From Felis catus (lineage: Eukaryota): DNA of 64,000 bases. A program made the position numbers and the translations under genes. Shown piece by piece: positions 25,976 through 38,931 of the stretch. The stretch spans positions 70,992,001 through 71,056,000 of the forward strand of contig NC_058368.1 of NCBI RefSeq assembly GCF_018350175.1, in the 5' to 3' direction. Position 1 is the first letter of the stretch. Each line of letters starts with the position of its first letter. A model generated the notes under the pieces. It was not told the DNA's origin. It searched no databases and saw nothing but the letters and a program-made list of their open reading frames with translations.

Positions 25976-28741
25976 TAAAATACCTGTAAATTTGCCACCT
26001 AAAAGAAACAAAGCCTTTTTAACTATCACTTTCTTTGGGAAACAATTAGGAAGCAAGACAAACAACAACAATGAACCATGAAAATGAAATGATTAGTTAC
26101 TATAAAATGAAGTGTGACTGTGTATTTGAAGAACAGAAATCAAAATCCACAAAGATGGAACAAGCTGATAATACTAGGCAGGGGATTTTAAAATTCCTTT
26201 TCATTTTAAAGCCACACCGACATTAAAAGGAGTTTGTGAGAATAATGGTCCGGTTTAGCATGCGGCAAGAAATATTTCCTTGTGTTTGATTTCTGCCATC
26301 ACAGAGCTTATCTAGTTACCTGATTTCTTCATTCATGGCTGCCAGGAAGACTAATTAACACTACGGAAGCTAAAGAATCCTATTTGCTCTGCCACAGAGT
26401 AAAGCTTCTTTCCCCCAAAATGTGAAGCCAAGGCCTTGCACCTGCTGAAATTCCCGTTAGTTTGGTTTGTTGAATTGCAAGGCTGTTTGTGCCTTATCAT
26501 TAGACATTCATACTCTATCTGTAAGCTTTTATAACCTCCTACTTATGGAGACAAGATTCTTTGTGTCAGCACCTTAGAGAAGTGTTGCTGAAGCAGTTGG
26601 CACGCAGACAGGAATTTCCCAGCAGCACCGTTGGCATGGCGGAGCTCCTGTACAACCTACCTTAGTGCAGCCTCGCAGACAAGTGGGCCCCATTCACCTC
26701 CAAAATTGGTGACGGGCAGGAAAACAGATGTTTTCCCACGTAGAAGTGAAGCTTTCACTTTTTAAGAAAATTGATTCTTAATACTTAGAGGACAGTTTGG
26801 ATTAGTTATACTAGAAGTGTATCTCAGGTGGGCTTGTAACCTGAAGGAAGTCATCAGCCAAAACAGTTGTGAGCATCACAGTAAAACTGCTCCAGCCTGG
26901 ACAGGTGACATGGCTGTTACCTGATGTATCTGAAACCCTGGCAGGGCCGCCTCATTACATCATGAACCAATCACTCTCGACTTACCCTTAAAAAAGAATG
27001 AAAGGCCCGCAGACCCTGCCCCAGGTGGGTGGGTGGTCGGTCCATGGCACCTGTGGCAAATGGCAGTGTTTTTGTCCTTATAAGCAGAAAGGTAGGTGCA
27101 GAGTCCTTTGATGACACTGTTCCCTTTCGCTTGTTTGCTTTCATTCTCCCATGCAGACTGCAACCCAGCAGGAGGGCTTTTAAACCCAAACAGTTAATTA
27201 CCTTCTCTAACCCAGAGAAGTGGGGAAACACAAATCCAGCAAGTTGAGAGGGAGAGGGCAGCTTTGCTTGGGGCTGTGTTTTACACCAGGTGGGAAGGGA
27301 GCCACCTTCACCATCCACAGGGCAGAGGGAGACCAATTAGAAGGCAAAAGGGAGGGAGGCAGGCCTCATTCCCACTCCTTGTGTACTTTACATTTCCTTT
27401 TCAGACAAGAAAATGCACTGTACTGCACCTGCACTGCACTCTCCAGATCAGAGGCCTGTGTAAACACACCCACCCCAAAGACAAAATTGAGTAGCTTCAG
27501 GACTAGAGGCCCTCTGGAGATAAAAGCATGTGCTTCACGCTCAGGAGATGGAGACATAGCCCGTGGGCAGAGCAGGCTCGGGCAGGGAGCTTCTCCACGT
27601 AACACTCAAGGGGCAGAGGGGGTGGACCTTCCCCCAGTCCAGGCCTGAGCACTAGCAGCTTCCACTATGGAGAGTGTTTTCTCAACTGAACTCCAAGTCT
27701 TGTCCCACCACCCCCAACACCCTTGCCTCCCTCAAAGGGGGACCAAATACAAGGACTTAGCCCTTGTATTCCTAAATTGGGGCTCACCCCTGCCCACCTG
27801 GGAATCTCTGGTCTTTCTGTCCATCTCCTGGTGCCAGCCCCTTCCCTACCTAACCTCATACGTACTGACCATCTGCCTCTGTATTTGCTCACTGTTCCTG
27901 CCTCTGCCTTCTGCCCATTCCTGGCTCTTTGCTGGGTGCTGCCCTCTCCTCAGCACCTAATGAGATCCCCAACTCCCCTGCCCCCTGTCTGAGCCTGAAG
28001 CTCCCCCTCCTGCCTCTAATCCTTTCTAAGTCCTGTTGTCTGTTCCACTGACTTTAACTGTTTTACTTCTCATTCTGTGGGTCTTTCATTGCCACAACTA
28101 GATTACACATTCCTCTGTTGATTTATATATCAATATAAAGTTATTTATATACCTTTCCCTATCCCTCCTCACCTGTTCCCAGCACCCAGCACAGTAGATA
28201 GCATTTGATTGATCCCTCTCCTACTGGTTAAAAAGTTTTAAATGTACCAGACCAGAGACATCAGATAGAATCTGGGGATAGTATTCAGGAAATTTTCTTT
28301 TCAGAATCACAAACGATCTTAAAGAAGAGGACAAATCCTATCAGTTATCTAAATGTTTTCAAGTATCTAGATGTTTGGCCATCACCTGAGTGATGATGTC
28401 ATTCAGATTTCCTCTGGATCCTTTGCATCACGTAGACATGGGTAGTGGCTCCCTTAGGAGAAAGCATGTCGAAGCACCCTGTTCCTCCACTCACAGATTG
28501 TCCTGCCTAGAGCCAGTCTCATGGCTCCTGGTGCCTCTGCTGCCCTGCTAGAAAACAGAAATTATGACACTGCCCCTCTGAGGCTGTGAGACCAAGTGAT
28601 GAGTGAGAACAACGAAAATAGTAAGAGTGGGAAGACTCCACAGCTCCACAGACAAATCTGAGCATGGCAGTTGTTATTCACAAGGAGAAAGGCAACACAT
28701 GCCTTTAGTAGGTAAATTGTCTTTTTAAAAAGTTGTGTGCT

Positions 28742-29600
28742 GGGGCGCCTGGGTGGCTCAGTCGGTTGAGCATCCGACTTCGGCTCAGGTCACGATCTCA
28801 CGGTCCGTGAGTTCGAGCCCCGCATCGGCCTCTGGGCTGATAGCTCAGACCCTGGAGCCTGCTTCCGATTCTGTGTCTCCCTCTCTCTGACCCTCCCCCG
28901 TTCATGCTCTGTCTCTGTCTCAAAAATAAATAAACGTTAAAAAAAAAAAAAAGTTGTGTGCAGGGTCACCTGGGGGGCTCAGTCAGTTGGGCATCCGACT
29001 TTGGCTCAGGTCATGATCTCACAGTTTCTGAGTTTGAGCCCCACGTTGGGCTCTGTGCTGATGGCTCAGAGCCTGGAGCCTGCCTCGGATTCTGGGTCTT
29101 CCTCTCTCTCTGCCCCTCCCCTGCTAGTGCTCTGTCTCTCGAAAATAAATAAATGTAAAAAAAATCTTTTTTTAAAGTTGTGTGCAAAGTGTACCTCAAA
29201 GCCACACTACCAGGGGTGCCTGGGTGGCTTAGTCCATTGGGCATCCGACTCCTGATTTCTGCTCAGGTCATGATCTCACGGTTTGAGTTTGAGCCCCACA
29301 TCAGGCTCTGTTCTGACAGCATGCTTGGGATTCTCTCTCTTCCTTCCTCTCTCTCTGTGCCTCTCCCACTCATGCTCTCTCTCTCTCAAAATAAATAAAT
29401 AAACATTTTTTTGGAAAGATCATAGGGGTGCCTGGGTGGCTTAGTTAAGCATCTGACTTCAGCTCAGGTCATGATCTCATGGTTTGTAGGTTCAAGCCCT
29501 ACATCAGGCTTTCTGCTGTCAGCAGAGAGCCCACTTTGGATGGGAGCTCTCTGTCCCTCCCCCGCTCACTGACTCTCTTTCTCAAAAAGAAATAAACATC
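28742..29600 (+). mobile_element. Cluster of four tandem CanSINEs
   Basis: Heads at ~28742, 28962, 29213 and 29425. Confidence 0.92.
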
Positions 29601-29619
29601 TTTAATTAATTAATTTTTT

Positions 29620-30185
29620 AAAAGACCATAACAAGTGTTGGTAAGGATATAGAGCAATTGGAACCTTCATATACTTCTGATTGGAATGTAAATTGACACA
29701 GCCACTTCGGAAATAGTTACTAGTTCCTCAGAAGATTAGACATAGATAGAGTTGCCTTATAATCCAGTAGTTCTCCTATCTCCTAGGCATGTACCCAAGA
29801 GAAATGAAAACAGATAACCACACAAAAACTTGTACATGAATGTTCATAGCAGCATTTTTCCTAATAGCCAAAAGCCAAAACCAAATGTTCATTAACTGAT
29901 AATAGATACATTCTAAGTGGTATATCCATACAATGGAATATTATTTGGCAATAAGGAAGTACTGATACATGCTACAATATGATGAACCTTGAAACATTGT
30001 ACTAGGCAAGGAAACTAGTCTCAAAAGATCACATATTGCATGATTCCATTCACATAAAATGCCCAGAATAAGCAAATCTACAGAGAAACAAGGTAGATTC
30101 ATGGTTGCCTAGAGCTGGGAAGGTTGGGGGAATCTGGGAGTAACTGCTGAAGAGTATGGAGTTTCTTTTGGGGATGATAAAAATA
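29620..30185 (+). mobile_element. Old L1 3' region (L1MB-like)
   Basis: ataacaagtgttggtaaggat...gaaccttgaaacatt...ggtagattcatggttgcc. Confidence 0.8.
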
Positions 30186-30189
30186 TATA

Positions 30190-30381
30190 TTTTTTTAGTT
30201 TATTTTTATTTATTTTGAGAGACAGCAAGCAGGGGAGGGACAGAGAGAGAGGGAAAGACAATCTCAAGCAGGCTCCACACTATCAGCACAGAGCCTGACT
30301 CAGGGCTCAGACTCACAAACCATGAGATCATGACCTGAGCTGAAGTTGGACGCTCAACCAAGTAAGCAACCCAGGCACCCC
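30190..30381 (-). mobile_element. CanSINE
   Basis: Reverse SINE head and T tail. Confidence 0.88.
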
Positions 30382-30519
30382 AATGACTCAATTCTATATA
30401 TTACATTACTCAGTGCTTATCAAAATGGACTCTTTCTTGATCCCCTTTATCTGGCTTCACCATCTACCTCCCTTCAGGCAACCACCAGTTTGTTCTCTGT
30501 ATTTAAGAGTCTGCTTTTT

Positions 30520-31340
30520 CCAACCGACACATGACAAAATGCTCAACATCACTCATCGTCAGGGAAATACAAATCAAAACCACACTGAGATACCACCTCA
30601 CACCTGTCAGAATGGCTAACATTAACATAGACAACAACAGATGTTTACGAGGATGCGGAGAAAGAGGATCTCTTTTGCACTGCTGGTGGGAATGCAAACT
30701 GATGCAACCACTCTGGGAAACAGTATGGAGGTTCCTCAAAAAATTAAAAATAGAACTACCCTACGACCCAGCAATTGCACTACTAGGTATTTATCCAAGG
30801 GATACAGGTATGCTGTTTGGAAGGGGCACATGCACCCCAATGTTTATAGCAGCACTACCGCCAATAGCCAAAGTATGGAAAGAGCCCAAATGTCCATCAG
30901 TGGATGAATGGGTAAAGAAGATGTGGTATATATACACAATGGAGTACTACTTGGCAATCAAAAAAAAAAAAAATAAAACAAAATCTGGCCATTTGCAACT
31001 ATGTGGATGGAACTAGGGGGTATTATGCTAAGTGAAATTAGTCTGTCAGAGAAAGACAAGTATCATGTGACTTCACTCATGAGGACTGTAAGACACAGAA
31101 CAGATTAACACAAGGGAAGGGAAGCAAAAATAATATAAAGACAGGGAGAGGGACAAAACATAAGAGACCCTTAAATATGGAGAACAAACAGAGGGTACTG
31201 GAGGGGTTGTGGGAGGGGGGATGGTCTAAATGGGTAAGGGGCATTAAGGAATCTACTGAAATCATTATTGCACTATATGTTAACTAACTTGGATGTAAAA
31301 TTTTAAAAATAATAAAATAATAAAAAATAAAGTAGTTAAA
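30520..31340 (+). mobile_element. 5'-truncated carnivore/felid L1 inserted into an older antisense L1 3' end
   Basis: ORF 30531..31016 is the L1 ORF2 C-terminal Cys-rich region ([30 protein letters not shown]). Followed by 3' UTR and an A-rich tail. TSD gtctgcttttt. Confidence 0.95.
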
Positions 31341-31459
31341 ATGTCTGCTTTTTGTCTCTCTTTTTGTTAATTTGTTTCTTAACTTCTACATATGAGTGAA
31401 ATCATATAGTATAAGTCATTAACTAGTTTTTAACATTTTATTGTAGAAATAGTCTAATA

Positions 31460-32027
31460 CAGATGGTCTCCAACTTATGATGGTTCGATTTAGGATTTTT
31501 CTACTTTACCATGGTGCAAAAGTGATACACCTTCAGTAGCAACTGCACTTTAAATTTTGAATTTGGATCTTCCCTGTGCCAGCAATAGGCAGTAAGATCC
31601 TCTGTCATGGGAGTGCCTGAGTGGCTCAGTCAGTTAATTGTCCGTCCAACTTTGGCTCAGGTCATGATCTCACGGTTGGTGAGTTTAAACCCTGCATCAG
31701 GCTGTCTGCTGTCAGCCAGGAGCCTGCTTCAGCTCCTCTGTCTCCCTCTCTCTTTACCTCTCCCCAGCTCATGCTCTCTCTCTCTCTCAAAGATAAACAT
31801 TAAAAAAGAAAAAAGATCCTCTTTCATAATACTGGGCAGCAGCAGGGTGCCTCAGCTCCCAGTCAGCTACATGAGCCCAGGTAAACAACCAATAAATACA
31901 CTGACCACCATTTGTACCATACAACCACTGTTAGGTGTTCCCTGGTGGTCTAGTGGTTAGGATTTGGCACTCTCTCCCACACAACCACTGTTTTTCACTT
32001 TCAGTACAATATTCAATAAATTACATG
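31460..32027. mobile_element. Tigger-family DNA transposon relic (MER47-like) hosting a SINE and the tRNA half
   Basis: TIR-like start ta|cagatggtctccaacttatgatggttcga. Internal gggcagcagcagggtgcctcagctcccagtcagc. SINE 31609-31812 has TSD agatcctctKtcat. Confidence 0.75.
31939..31974 (+). pseudogene. tRNA-Glu(CTC) 5'-half retrocopy (tailless retropseudogene)
   Basis: tccctggtggtctagtggttaggatttggcactctc matches tRNA-Glu-CTC nt 1-36, with two changes, both at CpG sites. Flanked by the 16-bp direct repeat ccat/cacaaccactgtt. Confidence 0.9.
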
Positions 32028-32406
32028 AGGGGCACCTAGGGGATTCAGTCAGTTAAGTGTCCAACTCTTGGTTTCAGCTCAGGTCATGATCTCACGGTTC
32101 ATGAGTTTGAGCCCTTCATCGGGCTCCATGCTGGCAGCACAAGCCTGCTTGGGATTCTCTGTCTCTCCCTCTCTCTCTCTGCCCCTCTCCCTCATGCACA
32201 CATGCATTCTCTCTTAAAGTAAATAAACTTAGTTCATTCTTTGAATTTTGACAAACGTGTAGGCCTGTATGACTTAAAGCCATTGTTTTAATATTTTAAA
32301 AAATATTTTTAATTGTTCAGAGACCTTCAAAATAACGTGGGTCTCAAACTCATGACCCTGAGATGAAGAACTTCATATTCTACCAACTAAGCCAGTCAGG
32401 CGCCCC
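32028..32406. mobile_element. CanSINE (+, 32028-32230) and short CanSINE (-, ~32290-32406)
   Basis: SINE heads in opposite orientations. Confidence 0.8.
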
Positions 32407-32548
32407 TCCTAAACTTGTGTTTTAATGCATCTTTCATAATTAACACATCAGAGACTTTGCTCTACCAAAATCTATATTTTCAGAATAAACAGAGTACCTA
32501 CAATTGTAATAATCTGTAGGATAAGTCAATGAGTGAAAAATTTTTCAC

Positions 32549-33643
32549 TTTTTTTTATTGTGGTAGTAGTATACATAATAAAATTTACCATCTTAACCAT
32601 TTTTAAGTGTACTATTCAGTTGTTACTGATGCATTCACATTGTTGTGCAACCATTACCACCGTCCATCCCTATAACTCTTTTCATCTTGTAAAACTGAAA
32701 CCCTGTACTCATTAAACACCAACTCCCATTCCCTCCTCCCCCCAGCACCTGGCAACCACTATTCTATTTTCTGACTAAGTACCTCATTTAAGTGGAATCA
32801 CATAGTAGTTGTCTTTCTGTGACTGGCTTATTTCACTTACCCTAATGTCCTCAAGGTTCATCCATATTGTAGCATATGTCAGAATTTCCCCTGTTTTTAA
32901 AGTTGAATAATATTCCATTGTGTGTGTATATGCACACCACATTTTGCTTATCCATTCTCTTGTCAATGGACATTTAGCTTGCTTCCACATTTTAGCAATT
33001 AAGAATGCTGCTGTACACATAGATGTACAAATAATCTCCTTAAGACCCTGCCTTCAGTGCTTTGGGATATATACCCAGAAATGGAATTGTTGGATCATAC
33101 GGTAATTCTATTTTTAATTTTTTGAGGAACGGCCATACTGTTTTCTATAGAGGCTGTACCATTTACATTCCCACCGAAAGCACACTAGGGTTCCAATTTA
33201 TCCACATCCTCACCAACACTTGTTTTTTTCTGGTTTTTTTTTTTTTCTAGTAGCCATCCTAATGGGTATGAAGTGGTATTTCATTGTAGTTTTGATTTGC
33301 ATTTCCCTAATTATCCATGGTGTTGAGCATTTTTTTCGTGAGCTTATTGGCCATTTGTATATCTTCTTTGGAAAAATGTCTATTCAACTCCTTTGACCGC
33401 TTTTTGAATTGTGTTGATTTTTGTTGTTGTTGAGTTTTAGGAGATCTGTATATATTCTAGATATTGATCCTTTATCAGTTATATGATTTGCAAATATTTT
33501 CTCCCCTTCTGTGCATTGCCTTTTTTCTCTGTTTATATCAAGTGTCTCTTGATGTACAAATATTTTTTTAATTTTCATGAAGTCAAATTTGCCTGTTTTT
33601 TTTTTGTTTTGTTTTGTTTTTTGTTACCCCTGCCTTTGGTGTT
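32549..33643 (-). mobile_element. Old L1 3' portion (L1MB/L1MA-like)
   Basis: Minus ORFs 32784..33020 and 33384..33578 resemble L1 ORF2 (MEYYS, EKIFANH). 3' end motif aaaatttaccatcttaaccatttttaagtgtac. Confidence 0.9.
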
Positions 33644-33969
33644 GTCAGTGAATGAAATTTTAAACCAGTTATTTCGTGGTATATTCAGTATTGTTGTAGA
33701 TTTTCTTTTTTTCAAAAATAAGCAAACCAAGATTTCTTTTTCATGTGGAAAAAACAATGGGATAGAAAACACTATCACCTTCCTAAAGAAATGCTACCCA
33801 GGTTGTACTAATTAATGAGAATTTCTTTGCCTTTTGTCCAATGCAGTCACTACAACAGGCTCTATGATCATAATAAACTTTTATGCATTTGTAAGAAAAA
33901 TACAATAACATAGTTTACTAATGACCTGTTTTAGTCAGAAGCACTTCCTTTTTAAAAGTATAAATGTAT

Positions 33970-34180
33970 AGGGGCACCTGGGTGGCTCAGTTGGTTAAGC
34001 TTCTGACTTCGGCTCAGGTCATGGTCTCACGGTTTGTGGGTTCAAGCCCCATATCGGGCTCTGTGCTGACAGCTCAGAGCCCGGAGCCTGCTTCGGATTC
34101 TGTCTTCCTCTCTCTCTGCCCCTCCTTTGCTCACATGGTGTCTGTCTCTCTCTCTAAAAAATAAATAAACATTAAAAATA
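33970..34180 (+). mobile_element. CanSINE
   Basis: SINE head, body and tail. Confidence 0.9.
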
Positions 34181-34261
34181 TGTATATATAAATATATAAT
34201 AGAAGTTATATGAAAAAGGAGATCCTTAAATGGAAAGTTCACTCTGAATTTGTATTTTAAA

Positions 34262-34700
34262 TTTTTTTTTTCAACCTTTATTTATTTTTGGGACAGAGAG
34301 AGACAGAGCATGAACGGGTGAGGGGCAGAGAGAGAGGGAGACACAGAATCGGAAATAGGCTCCAGTCTCTGAGCCATCAGCCCAGAGCCGACGCGGGGTT
34401 TGAACTCACGGACCGCAAGATCGTGACCTGGCTGAAGTCCGACGCTTAACCGACTGCGCCACCCAGGCGCCCCTGAATTTGTATTTTTTTTTTCAACGTT
34501 TATTTTATTTATTTTTGGGACAGAGAGAGACAGAGCATGAACGGGGGAGGGGCAGAGAGAGAGGGAGACACAGAATCGGAAACAGGCTCCAGGCTCCGAG
34601 CCATCAGCCCAGAGCCTGACGCGGGGCTCGAACTCACGGACCGCGAGATCGTGACCTGGCTGAAGTCGGACGCTTAACCGACTGCGCCACCCAGGCACCC
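34262..34700 (-). mobile_element. Two head-to-tail young SINEC_Fc copies
   Basis: TSD ctgaatttgtatttt occurs three times (34244, 34473, 34702). Confidence 0.95.
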
Positions 34701-35279
34701 CCTGAATTTGTATTTTAAACCAAACCTCAAAATTTTCAAAAAATTTTTCATGTACCTAGTGATATCAAGGCCCAAAGTTTGTTTCACTCCATGCCTGTGG
34801 CATCATTTTACAAATGAGATGAAATGGAAATCATATGGACAGATTCAGAAAAGATAGAATTCACTAGTGTTTTTGAATATGTGGCATGGCAGTGTGCCTT
34901 TTGTACAATTAAATAATGAAATATTGCACATTTTTCAAAATCACAAAGGTTATATGTCTCCCTGGAATCTAGAAAGTATTTCTATTTCTTTATTTCTATT
35001 TCTTCGTATTTCTTAATTACCAATTCTGGGTTCGGCAGCACAGCTTTCTCACGGCTCCTGTTGCATCAAGGGTCATCTTTGTGATTTCCTCTGAAAACGA
35101 CTATACATTAACATACAAGGTTTGAGTGGGGGATGGAAAAGGGAAAGGTGTTAATTCAGATGTTATGAAACTGTGATAATGCCATTATTTAAGGCACTTA
35201 TTTGGGTATGTTTATACTTTGTAGTTTTATAAATAAACCCAAGGGGCTCCTCCTGGTTGTCACAATCCTCCTTGAATCT

Positions 35280-35880
35280 CGTATCCTGTCTGTCTCTTCC
35301 TATCCGACAGTAGAATTGATGCCGCTCTAATCCCTGGAAGTTTGGAACTAATGAACTGACTGCTGAGCTGCCGCCACGGAGCTTGGTCCCAAACTATACT
35401 GTACTTCACACTCGATTTATTCTCCAGATGGCGAGACTGTGCCGCCCTGCCGCGAGGGACCACCTCTTCCACTGGAGTGTAAAAGTGGACGGATGTTGTT
35501 TTCTTTGCAGATTTGATCATTCTGAGCTAGAAACTTGCGAGGATGATTAGTTATTAGCTTTAATGGGTGCCAATTGAACCAACTGCACGCATATTTTCTC
35601 CTTTAATTTTGGAGTCTGCAGGTCTTGGCGATGGTTGATTTATCCGCTTTCTTACGTCACTGGAGCGTGTCTCTTCCCCAGGTGATAAGAACCGAGTCTC
35701 TGAAATCATAGCACGCCTTGGTTCCTGGCCCAGACAGAGTCACATAATACGGTGGCTTATGTATAAGGACAAGTTTATTAGCCACTGGTCCACTGCACTG
35801 AGCAGCCCATGGCACGAAATATCGATTGAATGTGGGAAGTTTGGTGACACTTTTTATTTAGAACAGGGGCCGATGAAAAT
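35280..35880. promoter_or_regulatory. Candidate intronic regulatory element (CpG-retaining, non-repeat)
   Basis: About 23 CpGs in 600 bp by manual count. TTACGTCA at 35652. CAGATGGCG E-box/CTCF-like word at 35421-35434. Confidence 0.45.
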
Positions 35881-38800
35881 TCTGATCTGTGCCTACTTTC
35901 TTTGTGACCTCTGTGGAGTCCACCTCTGGAATCACATACTACAGAACACACTATGGTAATTAGTCTCTGCAAAGATCTGATGTAACTGTTGATAAAGGCT
36001 TTAATTCCATTCCTTATTCTGGTTTTTTTTCCTCCAGGTTTTCAGATTTTAGAGGAACAAGTTCATCCTACATTAAGAAAAATCATACCAAGGCCATTCC
36101 GTAATGTTAACACTACTGCATTTAGAATGCAGTTCCTTCTCAACCTCATTTTGAACAACCCATTTTGCTACCAGAATGTAAGACACCCTTCCCCGCAAAA
36201 AAAAAAAAAGGTCTTTTTTGAGTGGCCTCTTTTTGCTTTAATTTCCTCTTCCTTCTTTTTTGCCAGGGAACATTACCTCCCAATCATGTCAGCAAATCAC
36301 CTTCTGAGAAGGTGGTGTCTGCCAGGCCATATCTTACTAATCCCCCGAATGAGATGGAAATTGGAAGGATGGTCAGGGCCAAATAGCAGGCAAAGAAAAA
36401 GAGAACCAAAGTGTGAGGGGAGCGAGGTGATGCAAAGGAGAGAGCTGTAACAGAAAGAGATTGGTATCAAGGGGAGAGAGAAGAAGGAGGGAGAGAACAG
36501 AATGAACAAAATTTCTTTCTTTTCACAACTGGGTGGACTGTGGCTGTCTCTAACTGAGCACCCAGAACTAAACTTAATTGTTCTTAGAAACTGCCTTCCT
36601 CTCACCCAGCAGATGGCATGGGTGTGTTTGCTAGCACAGTAACATATTTCACCATTAAAGCACCAAAAAGAAAAAAAAAATCAACATACTTGTTGGTTGG
36701 TATAAATTCAGTGAGGTTGTTGGATATTTTGGGATACATAGCAGAGGGATGCACACTCAGTTTATGTAAATTACAACAAGCAACAGCCTGTTAATAAGGA
36801 TGTTGTGTGGCAATATACCTCCAAAGCCATCATCTTTTTCTGGAAAGGTACAGAATGATGAAGTGGAAAGCGCTTGTCTTAATTCTGAGCCAAAAAAAAA
36901 AAAAAAAGTCTAATAAAATGCTGACTATTCACTATTCATTATTATAATGTGAAAAGTACTAATCAGATTATGCCTAAAATTGGAATTAGGTATTTCATTT
37001 GCAGCCAATTTCACAAGGGTTGAATTTTACTAAGTAAACCAGAATGTGCTGAAACCATGGCAATCTGACTTTAGATAAAAATCACGAACAGGTTTAGCAC
37101 ACGAGCTTTGAACAAACAGTCTCCTTCTAATCCAAATGAAACAACAAAACAGCTTAGAGGTCAGATTTTATTTGACACCTACATGAACAGTTTAGGAAGT
37201 TGATGTTGCCAGGCTTCCGTCACCTTGAGCACACATGCAGATTAAAGTAGAGAGTGTGGATGATGATTCAAGTAACTCACATTTTTAAATGCATTTCAGG
37301 CTAAATGATCTAGTTAGTTCCCTTCCATTTTCCATTCACTCGGTCCCAGTAGGCACTTTAGAAGCCCAACCTGCTATTGAAAGAAACCCTGGAAATTGAA
37401 ATATTTACAAGCTGCAGCAATCCTGAGTTTGTAGCTGTTCAGGCTACATGGAGCATAACACATTTTAGGTTCTCTGAGGCCATGGATCTAAACACACACA
37501 CACTGCCAAAGAGCTGAAGGCATTTCTCCCGACAGCTCAAGATGTCCTTAGAACCATGATGCTGAGCTCACTTCCGCTCTTCACCTGCAGCATTTTCCTG
37601 TTAAATGAACAGGACTTCCTATTTAATGAATGGAACAAGGCATGGGGGGGCAAGTGGATGAGTTTTATAGCTGTGGAACAGCCAAAGGCATGATGTGGAA
37701 CCAGGCCACTGTTGGCTCCATCATCCCTCACTTTAGCTAGTGTGAGCTCTCTTGCTTTTGTCTAAGCTTGGCCTAATTATCAGCAGTCAGGGCTCTGTAA
37801 ATCAGGGCTCCACAGAGCTGTCCTAAACTGGTCTCCGTACTCTGTTTCCAACTGACCTGACAACTCTAAGCCACTGTTTCCTCACACTGTTTAACTCAGA
37901 CCACATTTGGAAGCCTTCCCTCCTCTTACTCGGTCGTAGACCTACATCCGTCTGCTTTAAATCTACTGTCCTGGCTTGTCTTGTTGATTAGACTTAGACC
38001 CAATATTGGCTCTAATAATTCTTTCTTTTTTTTTTTTTTTTTTTTTTGTCTCCACTTTGGTTTGCTATTTTCCCAGATAAGTATTGCTGTTCAAATGGCT
38101 GTATATTGTTAAGACTTTTTTTTTTTAACCACATTCATCAGCAGTGAGAAGCTTTAAAGTTTTATTAGTATCATAAAAACCCTTCCCAAATGAAACTACT
38201 TTTGATAAGTGTTCATTCTGACAATGAGAATTTGTTGAGGGCTGTTGGCAAGTTGGAGGAATTTGTTTTTGAAACTGAAATTGGCAGGAAGTAATGACCC
38301 CAAGTGCTTTCTTTCTCTTAACTCCAACCCCCAGCCCCTCAATGTGCTCCTTTCTCTCCCCACCCCCTTCCCCACCTTCAACACCCGAACTCAAAGGCAA
38401 TAAATAACATGTTTGGTTTCATACAGTTTTTCTAAGGACAATTCATACACCGAAACAGGCTTCAACCTTTCAGCTTTTCCTAACTATGGAGTATAGACTG
38501 TCAACTCAAAAAAATGTATTTGTCTTCCACTTCATGAGGGGATTTCTTGGTGATGTTATTGCCTTACATCTGAATAAGCTGGAGCTTTTTTGTACTGTGG
38601 AATGTCATTTTCCTATAAGTGCCTTCTTAATTGAATGTCAAAATTCAACTCAGTTGCAAAAAAATTTTGAGTTAAAAACATGATGCATATGGAAAGAGGA
38701 AAACAAATCCTTATTTTTTCCGTAATGTGACTATGCCAACAGATGAGACTACAATTATCCAAATGTTATGTAGTTCCTTATATTTATTAAACGAGAAAAT

Positions 38801-38931
38801 GCAGGTAGAAAACTGAACCATGCCTAAGCTTAGTAAATGCTCAATAAATGTTATGTATTAATTATTTCACCTTTCAAGTTGGGAAGAAATGCTAATGAGA
38901 AAGAGGACAGTATTATTTAGAAGTGCACCAA

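Noticed and set aside
30531..31016. 161-aa ORF with real protein character
   Set aside because: It is the C-terminus of L1 ORF2 in a 5'-truncated element, not a host gene.
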